Part shown: in pieces, positions 49,843 to 59,181 of the stretch
How the letters are laid out: each line of letters begins with the position of its first letter
How positions within the stretch are numbered: position 1 is the first letter of the stretch
NCBI GenBank assembly: GCA_040830765.1
Contig: JBFOMH010000022.1
Location: 1 to 61,486 of the forward strand
Origin: Puniceicoccaceae bacterium
Lineage (GTDB): Bacteria; Verrucomicrobiota; Verrucomicrobiia; Opitutales; Oceanipulchritudinaceae
Direction: 5' to 3'
DNA: 61,486 bases
The notes under the pieces: model-generated
Databases searched by the model: none
What the model saw: the letters and a program-made list of their open reading frames with translations, nothing else
What the model was told of the DNA's origin: nothing
Translations under genes and position numbers: made by a program

Positions 49843-50846
49843 GGAAGAAAGGCAAGAAGCCCATCGAAGTCTTCAGTCTCTCCTTCCTGGACGTGATATC
49901 CTGCGGGTTTGGTGCGGTCATCCTCCTGCTCGTGCTCTCCCTTGCGCTGGAACCCACCACCCGGGAAAAGATGGCGACGGACCTGGCCGTCACGGCACAG
50001 GAGATTGAGGCGGAACGGGAGGACCTCGATTCCCTCAGTCGGCGGCTGCGTATCGAACTGAGGGAAAAGGAAGCGGTGCTGGCAAAGGTGCAGAGCGAAG
50101 TGGAATCCCTCGAGTCCACGCTAGATACGCTGCAGGATGAAAAGCTGGAGGACCAGGCCTCCATTGCGGCCAAGAAGCAGGTCGAGGAACGTCTGCAAAT
50201 CGTCTTCCAGACCCTCGATGAAGAGATGCGCAATCTCCTGCGGCGATCAACCGCCGACCTCGATGACCGCGAGGCGGCGATTGGGGGTATCCCGGTCGAC
50301 AGCGAGTATATCATTTTTATCATCGATACCTCCGGCAGCATGCTGCAACTGGCCTGGCCCATGGTGGTCAAGAAACTGGAGGAAGTCCTTTCCGTTTATC
50401 CCGAGGTGAAGGGCCTGCAGATCATGAACGACATGGGCGTCTACATGTTCCCCGCCTATGCCGGACAGTGGATTCCCGATACACCGTCACGGCGCACGGA
50501 AGTCATCCGGCAGCTCCGCGGCTGGCAGAGCTTCAGCAACAGCAGCCCCGTCGAAGGCATTCAGCAGGCCATCCGCACCTACCTGCGCAAGGACCAGCGC
50601 GTCAGCCTCTATGTCTTCGGGGATGACTTCTCCAGCGGGAATATCAACGCCGTCCTCAACGAGGTGGAACGCATCAACCGCCGCAACGTGTCCGGTGAGA
50701 CCAACGTCCGCATCCATGCATTCGGATTCCCCGTCCTCTTCAGTCATCCGGAATATACCATCAATAGCGTCCGCTTCAGCCACCTCATGCGCCTCCTCGC
50801 CGAACAAAACAACGGCAGCTTCGTCGGATTGACGAGGCTGGAGTAG
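49839..50846 (+). CDS. Second TM(Asp) / coiled-coil / vWA domain protein
   Basis: FSLSFLDVISCGFGAVILL, coiled coil, DTSGS, FGDD. ATGA overlap with the previous gene. Confidence 0.85.
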   Translation: MRKKGKKPIEVFSLSFLDVISCGFGAVILLLVLSLALEPTTREKMATDLAVTAQEIEAEREDLDSLSRRLRIELREKEAVLAKVQSEVESLESTLDTLQDEKLEDQASIAAKKQVEERLQIVFQTLDEEMRNLLRRSTADLDDREAAIGGIPVDSEYIIFIIDTSGSMLQLAWPMVVKKLEEVLSVYPEVKGLQIMNDMGVYMFPAYAGQWIPDTPSRRTEVIRQLRGWQSFSNSSPVEGIQQAIRTYLRKDQRVSLYVFGDDFSSGNINAVLNEVERINRRNVSGETNVRIHAFGFPVLFSHPEYTINSVRFSHLMRLLAEQNNGSFVGLTRLE

Positions 50847-50900
50847 GGCGGTGGCCTGAGCACCCCCGGAGGGAAATTCAACTTGGTAAGCCGACGATCG

Positions 50901-53900
50901 TCACCTTTCCTGCACCCGGTACCGCAGTAGGATTTCCGGCATGTCGAACTCGAAGACGGCCTCGACATTGTGCGTACCATCCTGGAGTTCCTCGATGAAG
51001 TTCATCTGGACGGGCACGATCGGAGTCCAGTTGATGAAGTCGGTCGAGAATTCAAACCAGGTCTCGATCCCATGTGTAGCCAGGTCCCGCGTGAAGACGT
51101 AGGATAGGGTCTGATCCGGATTCATGCTGCCGAGCGGTTCATCAGCGGAGGTGGCTGTGAAGGGGTCCATCCCCATGCCGAAGGCGAGGAGATTGGGGAG
51201 CCAGGCTGGTCCGACGATGTCGTTGGGTCCGGAATGCTCCGGTGGAATGCCCATGGCAGTCACCCAATCGGCATAGGTCTGCATGCCTCCCTTCTGCGGG
51301 TCGTAGAGAACTGCAGTAGCGATCGCCAAGGTATCAATGACGGTCCGGTCCCCTGAACCATCGGCGATATCGAGGAAGTTGTACCGTAGGTCGAGTGAGT
51401 CCAGGCCCGTGAGGCCGACCAAAGGCGAAATCTCCGTCAGGTCATTGTTGTCCAATGTCAGCGTGAACAGGTTTGCGGCCCATTGAATTCCCTCAAGATC
51501 CGCAATATTGCGATTGCTGGCATCGAGGGATGTCAGCATTTCCAGGCTGGTCAGGTTGATGGGCATGCCCGGATAGATATCGAGGGCATCTTCGACTGCC
51601 GCCCGCAGGTTGGAGTCACGGAACTGGACAGTAGTCAGGTCTTCTTCCGTTACCCGGATCAGGTTGAGGGGGGAGGGGAACGACGCGTCCGGCGGCCCGA
51701 ACTGGCCGGTCAGGAGCAGGTCGCCCGAGGGGAGGGGATGTCCCCGGCTGATCACTTCCTCTGTGTCATAGTCCTTGTATTCCAGGTTGACCGAGAATCG
51801 CGGATCCAACCGGAGGGAGTTTTCGAACAAACGGGCAATGCCGTCAACCTGGGCACCATCGTAGAAGTCAAAGTTGCCCAGGATATAGAGGAATCCGTTC
51901 ATCGGAACAATGTCGTGGACGGCCAAAGTGGTCGGATCCATATCCGGATCGAGCGCCAGCACAGGAGCGGGGTGTGCCGGATCCACCCAGCCATGCTTGT
52001 CGACAACAATGAGAGGGGAATTCTCCTGGACGATGGAACGTCTTGAAGGCGGTTCCGCATTGGCCTGGGAGAGGAATTCCGGGCAACTGTGGACGGCCTC
52101 AAACCGGCCCCCGATCGCATAGCCGCCATTGGGCAATGGGATGACCGCATGAATGGCTGCTGTGGATTCATTGGTTTCAATAGTTCCCGGGGGATAATAT
52201 ACGTCTATGGAGAATGTCGAAACCTCACCGGAGTTGGTGAATGCCAGTGGGGTGAATGTACCGTCGATGGATCCGTCCGCATTGTAGCGAGCGAGAACGG
52301 GGTAACCGTTTGCGTCCGGGATCGAGACGAGCAGGCGATTCAAAGGATCGATGTGCCAGAGTTGCTTATGCCCCTCCCCGATGGTCCCTTCGTCGATACC
52401 GGTGTAGAAAACAGGCCGGGCGATTTCAGTGTGCTGAGGAACAGCACCGTCGAGGGTCCACCATATTTCGACAGGAACGTAATCGCCATCGAAAAGGTCC
52501 AGCGATGAGGAACCGATCACGCGCGTTCCCACAATGGCCAGTTGATCGTTCTTTAGGAAAATCGCATTGTCTTCTATTTCCGAGACGGTGGGCATGGCGA
52601 ACCGTTCCCCGGTATAGCTCGAACCTGTGAATCCAGCGAGGACCATTGTCGGAATGGTGTCCCGCTGTTCCTCGTATAAGGCATACCAACCATCCTGAGT
52701 TCCCGCAAAATCAAGCCAGCCACTGAAGATCGGCCCGACCGGGAGCTGACTCAATGGATCGAACGCTTCGAAGGAACCTGACTGGAGATCAATCGCAATC
52801 GGGCTTTCAACCTCAAGGGATCCCATGCGGTCATAGGGCTCGACTGCTCCGTGGAGCAGAATGGTATCCGCTGCCATGGGAATGACCGACTCAGGGAAAC
52901 TCATCATGAAGGGCCGGGGTGGTGCAAAGGACGGCAGAAAATTACCGTTCAAGTCCACTTTCATGGCACCGTAGAAAGGACTCTGCCCGACATAGGAAAC
53001 GTAGTCATAGCCAGCGCTGACCACCGTGCCCGATATGACGTATCCGTCTGATAGTTCATCAATGAAAAAGTGGTAATCGGTCAGGGAGAAATCCTCTTGA
53101 ATCGTTACCTCAGCGGTAGCAAATGTGCGTGTTGTATCCAACGTACCATCTGGCAGGAAGGCATGTGTTCCCCCGGATCCGGTGACGATGTAGGAGTCAT
53201 CCAGGAGGACAATCATATCCCGTGGATCCCGATCACGCATGACGGATACAGCGGCATCCCGATTGAATGACCAGTCGAAGCTGCCATTGTGGTTCAGTCG
53301 GACGATCGGATAGTAATCGGGAAGCTCCCCAAAGGAGTCGGTGAGTTGCGGACCAATAAGCAATTTCCCATCGGATTGCAGGCCGATTGACCGGACATAA
53401 TAATTGTTCACTCGCTGGATTTCCGGATTAAACGAATAGTCGACGCTGCCGCTCGAATACAGGCGGATCAGTCCTGGTTCGGGGAACCCGTTCACATGGT
53501 CGAAGCTTCCAGCCACGTAAATGAATCCTTCATCATCCTCAAGAAAGCGACCCCAGACAGCGGGCCCATAGCGACCCGGGTCGGCTCTTTCTTCCAGGGT
53601 GGTTGTGTACCAATTTGGATTCGGCATGCCGTTTGGAAACAGGTTAACAATGTAGCCGATCTCTGCATCGGTGTTCGGTTCCCGGACTTCACCCACGACA
53701 ATGGATCCGTCGGACAGCACCTTGGCCATGCGCACAAGATCGACCGGATATGGCTGGAAGACCGGGTCCAGTTCACCGGTCGGAAGGATCTTCAAAATTG
53801 ACTGTTTCTGCCCGAGACCCTTGCCGGCAACGACCAGTGCCGATCCATCCTCGAACGTATCCAGGATCAAAGCTGATGCTAACTCCGCTTGAAGGGAGAA

Positions 53901-56900
53901 CCCCGGATCCGGCAAGCCGGTGACTGGATCTGCCCGCAGGAGGGGGCCCGTCAGCTCATCCCCAAATCCACTGTCTATGACAAATCCCGAAGATAACCAG
54001 ACACTGCCGTCCGGACCCGTCATGGCGCGATAGAACGCACCCACAAGGTTGGGGAGAAGGTCAGAAAGCAATGGGTCCACATTCCCAACAGAATCCGTCG
54101 GCACGGTCGTCACCTCGAGCGTTGCGGATGCACCTTCCACAAGGCTAATCCGCTGGTCCGCAATGGGGGTGTATCCAAGGGTGTCCGTGAACTCCACGAT
54201 GATTTCCCCAGCGGGGACCCTGACAGCTTGTCCAACGTCCTGCCATTGGCCGCCTTCAACGCGCCATTGGAATTCGGGACTCCCGGTTGTGTTGAGGTTC
54301 ACCGTCAGTTCGGCGAATTGAATGTTTGGCTGAACCTGCAGGTAAAATCCCTGGCGATCGTCCAGGTCCCAGAGCGTGGATATGGAGCCATAGGCCAGTC
54401 CTTTAGCAGGATCGGCATAGGTTAATCTGGGGGTCCAATCCGTTCCAAAATCGATCCCGAAGGTTTCCCAGAGCCACTCATCGACACGCACAATACCATT
54501 CACCTCATCCCACATCATTCCTTCCCAATGCAATCCGGCCGATTGATAGGCGGTAAAGACAACAGTTCTGGATTCACGATTTAAGAAACGGCTCTGATCC
54601 ACACTCCCGTAATCCGGTGAAAGTGATACTAGCTGCTGCTGATATGCATTAAGGTCGCCGCTCCATGTCCAGATCATGAGTCCGGAATTGTCGCCAGTCC
54701 GGTAGCTCCCCACAATCATTGTTCCGTCTGCGGAAATGGCCGTTGCTTCACAGCTTTCGGTCCCTTCCGGTATCGGTAGAGCGCTCAAAAGGTTATCTTT
54801 CCAATACAATGGGCGCTGTGATGGGTTGTGGTATTCATCGTATAGGAAGACAAACCCCGCAGCCACGGACCCGTCTTCTGATACATCATACAGCCAAACG
54901 TCTGGAAGTCTGAATGAACCGGCATTGTCCCATTCCCCGACACCCGTCAAAACAGGCATGTTCCAGCTGGCTGTTTGGGCATTCCATGTCCAGATTGCTC
55001 CCTCCCGCAGAACGGTGCCACAAATGATCGTGCCCGCTTCATTAACGGCGATTGCCCGGCCGAGGGTCCGACCCGAGTAGATGTTTGGATCGGCATTGGG
55101 TGGCAGAGGTAGATAAACAGGGGTGTAGGCATCCCCTTCCTTGTACCAGACGATGGGGAGAAGGTTTCCCGTTTCATCAAATCCACGCCCGACAACTATC
55201 GACCCTTCCGCTGTCGCGTCCTGGGTTGTGACAAACGTACCGGAGGGACTGGCATCGGGCAAGGTAGGAGCCGGTTGCAAACCATCATCCGGGGTCCAGA
55301 TGGTGGGGGTCCAATATCGTTCATGGAAATTACCCGTCACGACTGAGCCGTCGCTCGAACCACCGCGAACTTCGGTCCTTATGTCCATACCCCCGGAAAG
55401 TAACTCGAGGTCGCCAGCAACCAACCGGTAGTCCGGGTCGGTGACATAGGCCGCGTCGTAAATATTTTCTCCCGGCATCAGGTAAAACTCTACTTTTGGA
55501 GTCCAGAACCCGGGAAGGTGCTGAAACTCAATCTCGGCAATGTACATCCGGTTGTTCAGTCTTCGCTCGGTATATCCGCTATACCGCCAGGCATCGTGGT
55601 CCGCCCATGCTTTCCAGGCGCCCAGCCCGTCCCGTATGTTGACCGTGAGGGTTTTCTCCGGATCGATGGTGACATCAAAGCTGTGTTCAATCGAGGCATT
55701 GGCATCGGTGATGACCACCTTGTAGGTCCCTGCATCGGACAATTGAATTTCGCTCAGGACAAGGGTGTCCTCCCCTTCGCCTTCAAGCAGACTCTCACCA
55801 AAATACCAGGCATAGGTGAGGTCCGTGAAGCTGACGGCATCCACCGAAAGGACCACTTCGTCCCCTTCAATGATCTCGGGTAGCTCTGAGTAGGAAACCA
55901 GGGTTGGTGTATCGACCGGGTATTGCGGCTCGGAAACGATAGTGGCCGACGGATTGGAGTTTTCCAGGCTGGCAAGCGCTGCGGCCTGAGTGGGATCCCC
56001 GCTGAAGTCGATAAAGTTTTCCTGCAGGTCAAGAGCCTCAATGCCGGTCCAGTTGGCGACATTGGATATGTCGGTAATTCGATTGGACTGAACGTAGACG
56101 TGGGTAAGGTTATTCATTTCTGTCAAGGGTGACAGGTCTGAAATGAAATTGTCCCGTAAGTAAATCCATTGAAGTTCCGTGAAGAGGGAAACCAGACTCA
56201 GGTCGCTGATACCGTTTCCCACGAGGGCGATACTTTTTAAGTGGGTGAAGTCCAGGAGATCAGCAAACTTTAGACCCGTTTCCGCGAGATATAGTGATTC
56301 CAATCTGGAAAGGCTGAGCAGGGGTGCCAGATCCGATACCGGATTCTCCGAAATGTCCAAAAGCGATAGATCGGTATAAGTAACAATAGGAGTCAGATTT
56401 GAAATTCCATTATTTCGGATCCAAAGGCTGTTTAGAGATGGAATGGATGCCAGTAGCGAGTATTGGCTGAAGCCCGTGCCGGAGAGATCCAATTGGCTCA
56501 CTGAACTGAGAACGGAAAGGAAGGAGAAGTCGGTCAGCGGCAGGTTGCGAAGATAGAGATTTCGTATAATGGGAAAACAGGCGAGATCGGGGATTTCTGA
56601 GATGGGATTTTCGTTGAGGTTCAGTGTCGCCAAATTGGGCAAATCAGCCAACGGGGCGATGCTTTGAATTTCATTGTTCTGCAGCTGAAGGGTGACAAGA
56701 GAGCTAATGGAAGCTAACGAGCTGACATTTAATATATTGTTATCATTCAAAGTCAGCGTCCTCAGGGTGCTGCTCATGTCATGATTGATGCCTGTGAGGT
56801 ACCGGATTTGATTCCACCCCAGATACAAGGATCTAAGTGATGTCAGAAGAGTAAGTGGTTCTATACTCGTTATTTCATTCTCCCGCAGGTCTAAATATGT

Positions 56901-57941
56901 CAACTGAGTGAGATTTGAGACAGCGGTAAGATCTGCGATGTGGTTGTTGCGTAATCTTAGGTTCCTTAATTGTGTCAATCCCGTGAGAGGGGCAATGTCC
57001 GTCAGGTCATTGTCGACCAAGTGTAGCGTCCGCAATGCGGTCAGGTTTTGCAAAGGTGACAAGTCATCGATTGCGGTTCGGGATAAGTACAGACTTGTCA
57101 GATCCCTCAGATTATCGAGGATCGAAAAGTCGCTGATTTGGTTCCCTGACAGGTTGAGCCGGGTCAGATTGGGCATGTATTCGGCAACAAGTGAGATGTC
57201 GGTCAATTGGTTGTCAGCCAGGTACAAAGCTGACAGGTTCGCGATATAGACGAGAATGCCCAAGTCGGTAAGGCCGCAATTGTTGAGCCGAAGACTGTCC
57301 AATTTGGTCAAGTTCAATAAATGGTAGAGGTCTCCAACCGGATTATCCGACAGATCGAGATAGGTAAGGTCGAAAAGGTTTGCGAGGGCGCCCGTATCTG
57401 TAAGTCCCAATCCGGCAACGTAGAGATATGTCAAGTTGGACATCTCCAACAAGTACCCCGGATTTGCAACGTCCGTATAGGAGATATTGAGATTGGTCAG
57501 GGATGTGAGCGCTGGAAGGGCGGAGATGTCGCTCAGGGGGTTATTAGCAAGGTCCAGTGTGTCGAGGACAGGCAAGTTGATGATGGGCTCCAGATCACTA
57601 ATCTGATTGTGATCTAAATCGAGGAATGTGAGGTTTTGGAGATTACCGATGGGGGAGAGGTCCATCACATTATTATAGGAAAGATGTATTCGGGTCAGGT
57701 TCGTGGCGGCTTCCAGGCCAACCAGACTATCAATATTTTCATACACCGCGACGAGGGTTTCCAACTGGAGCATATCAGTCTCGGTGATGGGTCCATCGGC
57801 AATGCCCAGGGTGTCGCGGACACGATCTTCAAGGGCAGGATCCTCAAAGATTACCTGCGCAAGGCTGGCCTGCAGGCCGGCAACTAACAAAACGAGAAAG
57901 GCAAGCAGTCGCTTGTTTTGCAAAACGGGGAGAGCATTCAT
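50901..57941 (-). CDS. Giant secreted protein with internalin-like LRRs, Ig domain, HAF-like and delta-60-like beta-propeller repeats, second LRR block and C-terminal tail
   Basis: 2346 aa; signal peptide ending SLA; more than 20 LxxLxLxxNxIxDLxPL repeats; SSDGSVVTG/SADGTMIVG repeats; LQSDGKLLI and RLNHNGSFDWSF repeats. Confidence 0.88.
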   Translation of the reverse strand: MNALPVLQNKRLLAFLVLLVAGLQASLAQVIFEDPALEDRVRDTLGIADGPITETDMLQLETLVAVYENIDSLVGLEAATNLTRIHLSYNNVMDLSPIGNLQNLTFLDLDHNQISDLEPIINLPVLDTLDLANNPLSDISALPALTSLTNLNISYTDVANPGYLLEMSNLTYLYVAGLGLTDTGALANLFDLTYLDLSDNPVGDLYHLLNLTKLDSLRLNNCGLTDLGILVYIANLSALYLADNQLTDISLVAEYMPNLTRLNLSGNQISDFSILDNLRDLTSLYLSRTAIDDLSPLQNLTALRTLHLVDNDLTDIAPLTGLTQLRNLRLRNNHIADLTAVSNLTQLTYLDLRENEITSIEPLTLLTSLRSLYLGWNQIRYLTGINHDMSSTLRTLTLNDNNILNVSSLASISSLVTLQLQNNEIQSIAPLADLPNLATLNLNENPISEIPDLACFPIIRNLYLRNLPLTDFSFLSVLSSVSQLDLSGTGFSQYSLLASIPSLNSLWIRNNGISNLTPIVTYTDLSLLDISENPVSDLAPLLSLSRLESLYLAETGLKFADLLDFTHLKSIALVGNGISDLSLVSLFTELQWIYLRDNFISDLSPLTEMNNLTHVYVQSNRITDISNVANWTGIEALDLQENFIDFSGDPTQAAALASLENSNPSATIVSEPQYPVDTPTLVSYSELPEIIEGDEVVLSVDAVSFTDLTYAWYFGESLLEGEGEDTLVLSEIQLSDAGTYKVVITDANASIEHSFDVTIDPEKTLTVNIRDGLGAWKAWADHDAWRYSGYTERRLNNRMYIAEIEFQHLPGFWTPKVEFYLMPGENIYDAAYVTDPDYRLVAGDLELLSGGMDIRTEVRGGSSDGSVVTGNFHERYWTPTIWTPDDGLQPAPTLPDASPSGTFVTTQDATAEGSIVVGRGFDETGNLLPIVWYKEGDAYTPVYLPLPPNADPNIYSGRTLGRAIAVNEAGTIICGTVLREGAIWTWNAQTASWNMPVLTGVGEWDNAGSFRLPDVWLYDVSEDGSVAAGFVFLYDEYHNPSQRPLYWKDNLLSALPIPEGTESCEATAISADGTMIVGSYRTGDNSGLMIWTWSGDLNAYQQQLVSLSPDYGSVDQSRFLNRESRTVVFTAYQSAGLHWEGMMWDEVNGIVRVDEWLWETFGIDFGTDWTPRLTYADPAKGLAYGSISTLWDLDDRQGFYLQVQPNIQFAELTVNLNTTGSPEFQWRVEGGQWQDVGQAVRVPAGEIIVEFTDTLGYTPIADQRISLVEGASATLEVTTVPTDSVGNVDPLLSDLLPNLVGAFYRAMTGPDGSVWLSSGFVIDSGFGDELTGPLLRADPVTGLPDPGFSLQAELASALILDTFEDGSALVVAGKGLGQKQSILKILPTGELDPVFQPYPVDLVRMAKVLSDGSIVVGEVREPNTDAEIGYIVNLFPNGMPNPNWYTTTLEERADPGRYGPAVWGRFLEDDEGFIYVAGSFDHVNGFPEPGLIRLYSSGSVDYSFNPEIQRVNNYYVRSIGLQSDGKLLIGPQLTDSFGELPDYYPIVRLNHNGSFDWSFNRDAAVSVMRDRDPRDMIVLLDDSYIVTGSGGTHAFLPDGTLDTTRTFATAEVTIQEDFSLTDYHFFIDELSDGYVISGTVVSAGYDYVSYVGQSPFYGAMKVDLNGNFLPSFAPPRPFMMSFPESVIPMAADTILLHGAVEPYDRMGSLEVESPIAIDLQSGSFEAFDPLSQLPVGPIFSGWLDFAGTQDGWYALYEEQRDTIPTMVLAGFTGSSYTGERFAMPTVSEIEDNAIFLKNDQLAIVGTRVIGSSSLDLFDGDYVPVEIWWTLDGAVPQHTEIARPVFYTGIDEGTIGEGHKQLWHIDPLNRLLVSIPDANGYPVLARYNADGSIDGTFTPLAFTNSGEVSTFSIDVYYPPGTIETNESTAAIHAVIPLPNGGYAIGGRFEAVHSCPEFLSQANAEPPSRRSIVQENSPLIVVDKHGWVDPAHPAPVLALDPDMDPTTLAVHDIVPMNGFLYILGNFDFYDGAQVDGIARLFENSLRLDPRFSVNLEYKDYDTEEVISRGHPLPSGDLLLTGQFGPPDASFPSPLNLIRVTEEDLTTVQFRDSNLRAAVEDALDIYPGMPINLTSLEMLTSLDASNRNIADLEGIQWAANLFTLTLDNNDLTEISPLVGLTGLDSLDLRYNFLDIADGSGDRTVIDTLAIATAVLYDPQKGGMQTYADWVTAMGIPPEHSGPNDIVGPAWLPNLLAFGMGMDPFTATSADEPLGSMNPDQTLSYVFTRDLATHGIETWFEFSTDFINWTPIVPVQMNFIEELQDGTHNVEAVFEFDMPEILLRYRVQER

Positions 57942-58378
57942 CGGGGCCCCTTTGGTTGGATTGAGAATTAGTCGGCTGGAGGAAATTGAAATAATCTTTT
58001 ACCCGGCAACCGTCAATTTTCATCCTTGGATGAGGGGTTTCCCTGCCTGTGTAGTAGACGACTTGTATCACGTTATTAGTGCGCCTTCTGTTTTTGCATA
58101 ACAACTGCAAAACTCAGGGTCGAAACATCCGCCCGACAAGCAACTCCCAATGAGGATGGTCTTGAGACCCTCATTCACTGTCTTAAGCCCGCGGAGCGGG
58201 AGGCATGGATTGTGAAATAAGGGACCCGATCTGTCGTTCCCTTTGTGAGTTGAGCGACTTGCGGGAAGGGCCGAGCTGTGTAGGATTAAGTTGTGAGCGG
58301 GCAATTGGTTACATCATCGGCACATTACCCCGGCTGGGACATCGCGGGCTGGATCTGTGTCCTGGAGGAGGCGCTGCG

Positions 58379-59128
58379 ATGAAGATTCCCGATCTGGCCA
58401 TGCGCCAATCCATGACCTGTCGACCAGAGGGACGTTCACCGGTCATGTATCAGCGCTGGGCCCATCTCCTCTTTCTTCATTGGAGCGTGGAGCCGGACGT
58501 CATCCAGGCGACATTGCCCCCGGGTCTTCAGGTCGATACCCACGATGGCAAGGCCTGGTTGGGGATTGTCCCGTTTTTCATGCAGGGGCTGCGACCGCGC
58601 TTCCTCCCGGCGGTGCCCGGGCTGTCCAATTTCCCTGAACTGAACCTCCGTACCTACGTCCACGATGAACAAGGCCGGCCCGGGGTGTGGTTCTATTCCC
58701 TTGATGCACACCAGCGGATCGCGGTGGCCATCGCCCGGACATTTTTCTCGCTGCCCTACATCTATTCCCGGATGGAGGCAAAGATCGGGCCTGAGGGCTG
58801 GATTGCATTCAATTCCCTCCGCCCGGGGACGGAGCAACAGGCATTCCGTTATCGGGCGGGTAGGGACCTGCACACCGCTGAGCCGGGCTCGCTGGAGTTC
58901 TTCCTGGTCGAGCGCTATGTCTTATTCTCCTACCGGCCGCGGGACAAGCAGCTCTTCATGGGTCGTATCCATCACCGGCCCTATCCGCTGACCCATCCGG
59001 AGGTGGCGGCAAGCAGTCGGGATCTCTTCAGCTTGAACGGATTCCGCGATCCGGGTCATCCCGCTGAGCACGTCCTGATGTCACCCGGGGTGGATGTCAC
59101 CGTTTATGGGCTGGAAAAGGTGGGCTGA
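58379..59128 (+). CDS. YqjF/DUF2071 family protein
   Basis: MYQRWAHLLFLHW, FPELNLRTYV, PGVWFYSLDA, FLVERY. GGAGGAGG RBS upstream of ATG 58379. Confidence 0.88.
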   Translation: MKIPDLAMRQSMTCRPEGRSPVMYQRWAHLLFLHWSVEPDVIQATLPPGLQVDTHDGKAWLGIVPFFMQGLRPRFLPAVPGLSNFPELNLRTYVHDEQGRPGVWFYSLDAHQRIAVAIARTFFSLPYIYSRMEAKIGPEGWIAFNSLRPGTEQQAFRYRAGRDLHTAEPGSLEFFLVERYVLFSYRPRDKQLFMGRIHHRPYPLTHPEVAASSRDLFSLNGFRDPGHPAEHVLMSPGVDVTVYGLEKVG

Positions 59129-59181
59129 GCAACAGCGGGGTGGTAAGGCCCGTGCCCATGCGGCATGGCGAGAGCCCGACA

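Noticed and set aside
47953..50846. Zorya (ZorAB), flagellar MotAB or ExbBD-TonB
   Set aside because: There is no long ZorA tail and no OmpA-like peptidoglycan-binding domain. No TonB, receptor or flagellar genes are nearby, and the partners end in vWA domains.
58149..58175. Imperfect hairpin AATGAG-GATGGTC-TTGA-GACC-CTCATT in the divergent intergenic region
   Set aside because: It has no U-tract and no recognisable riboswitch or ncRNA consensus, so no function can be supported.
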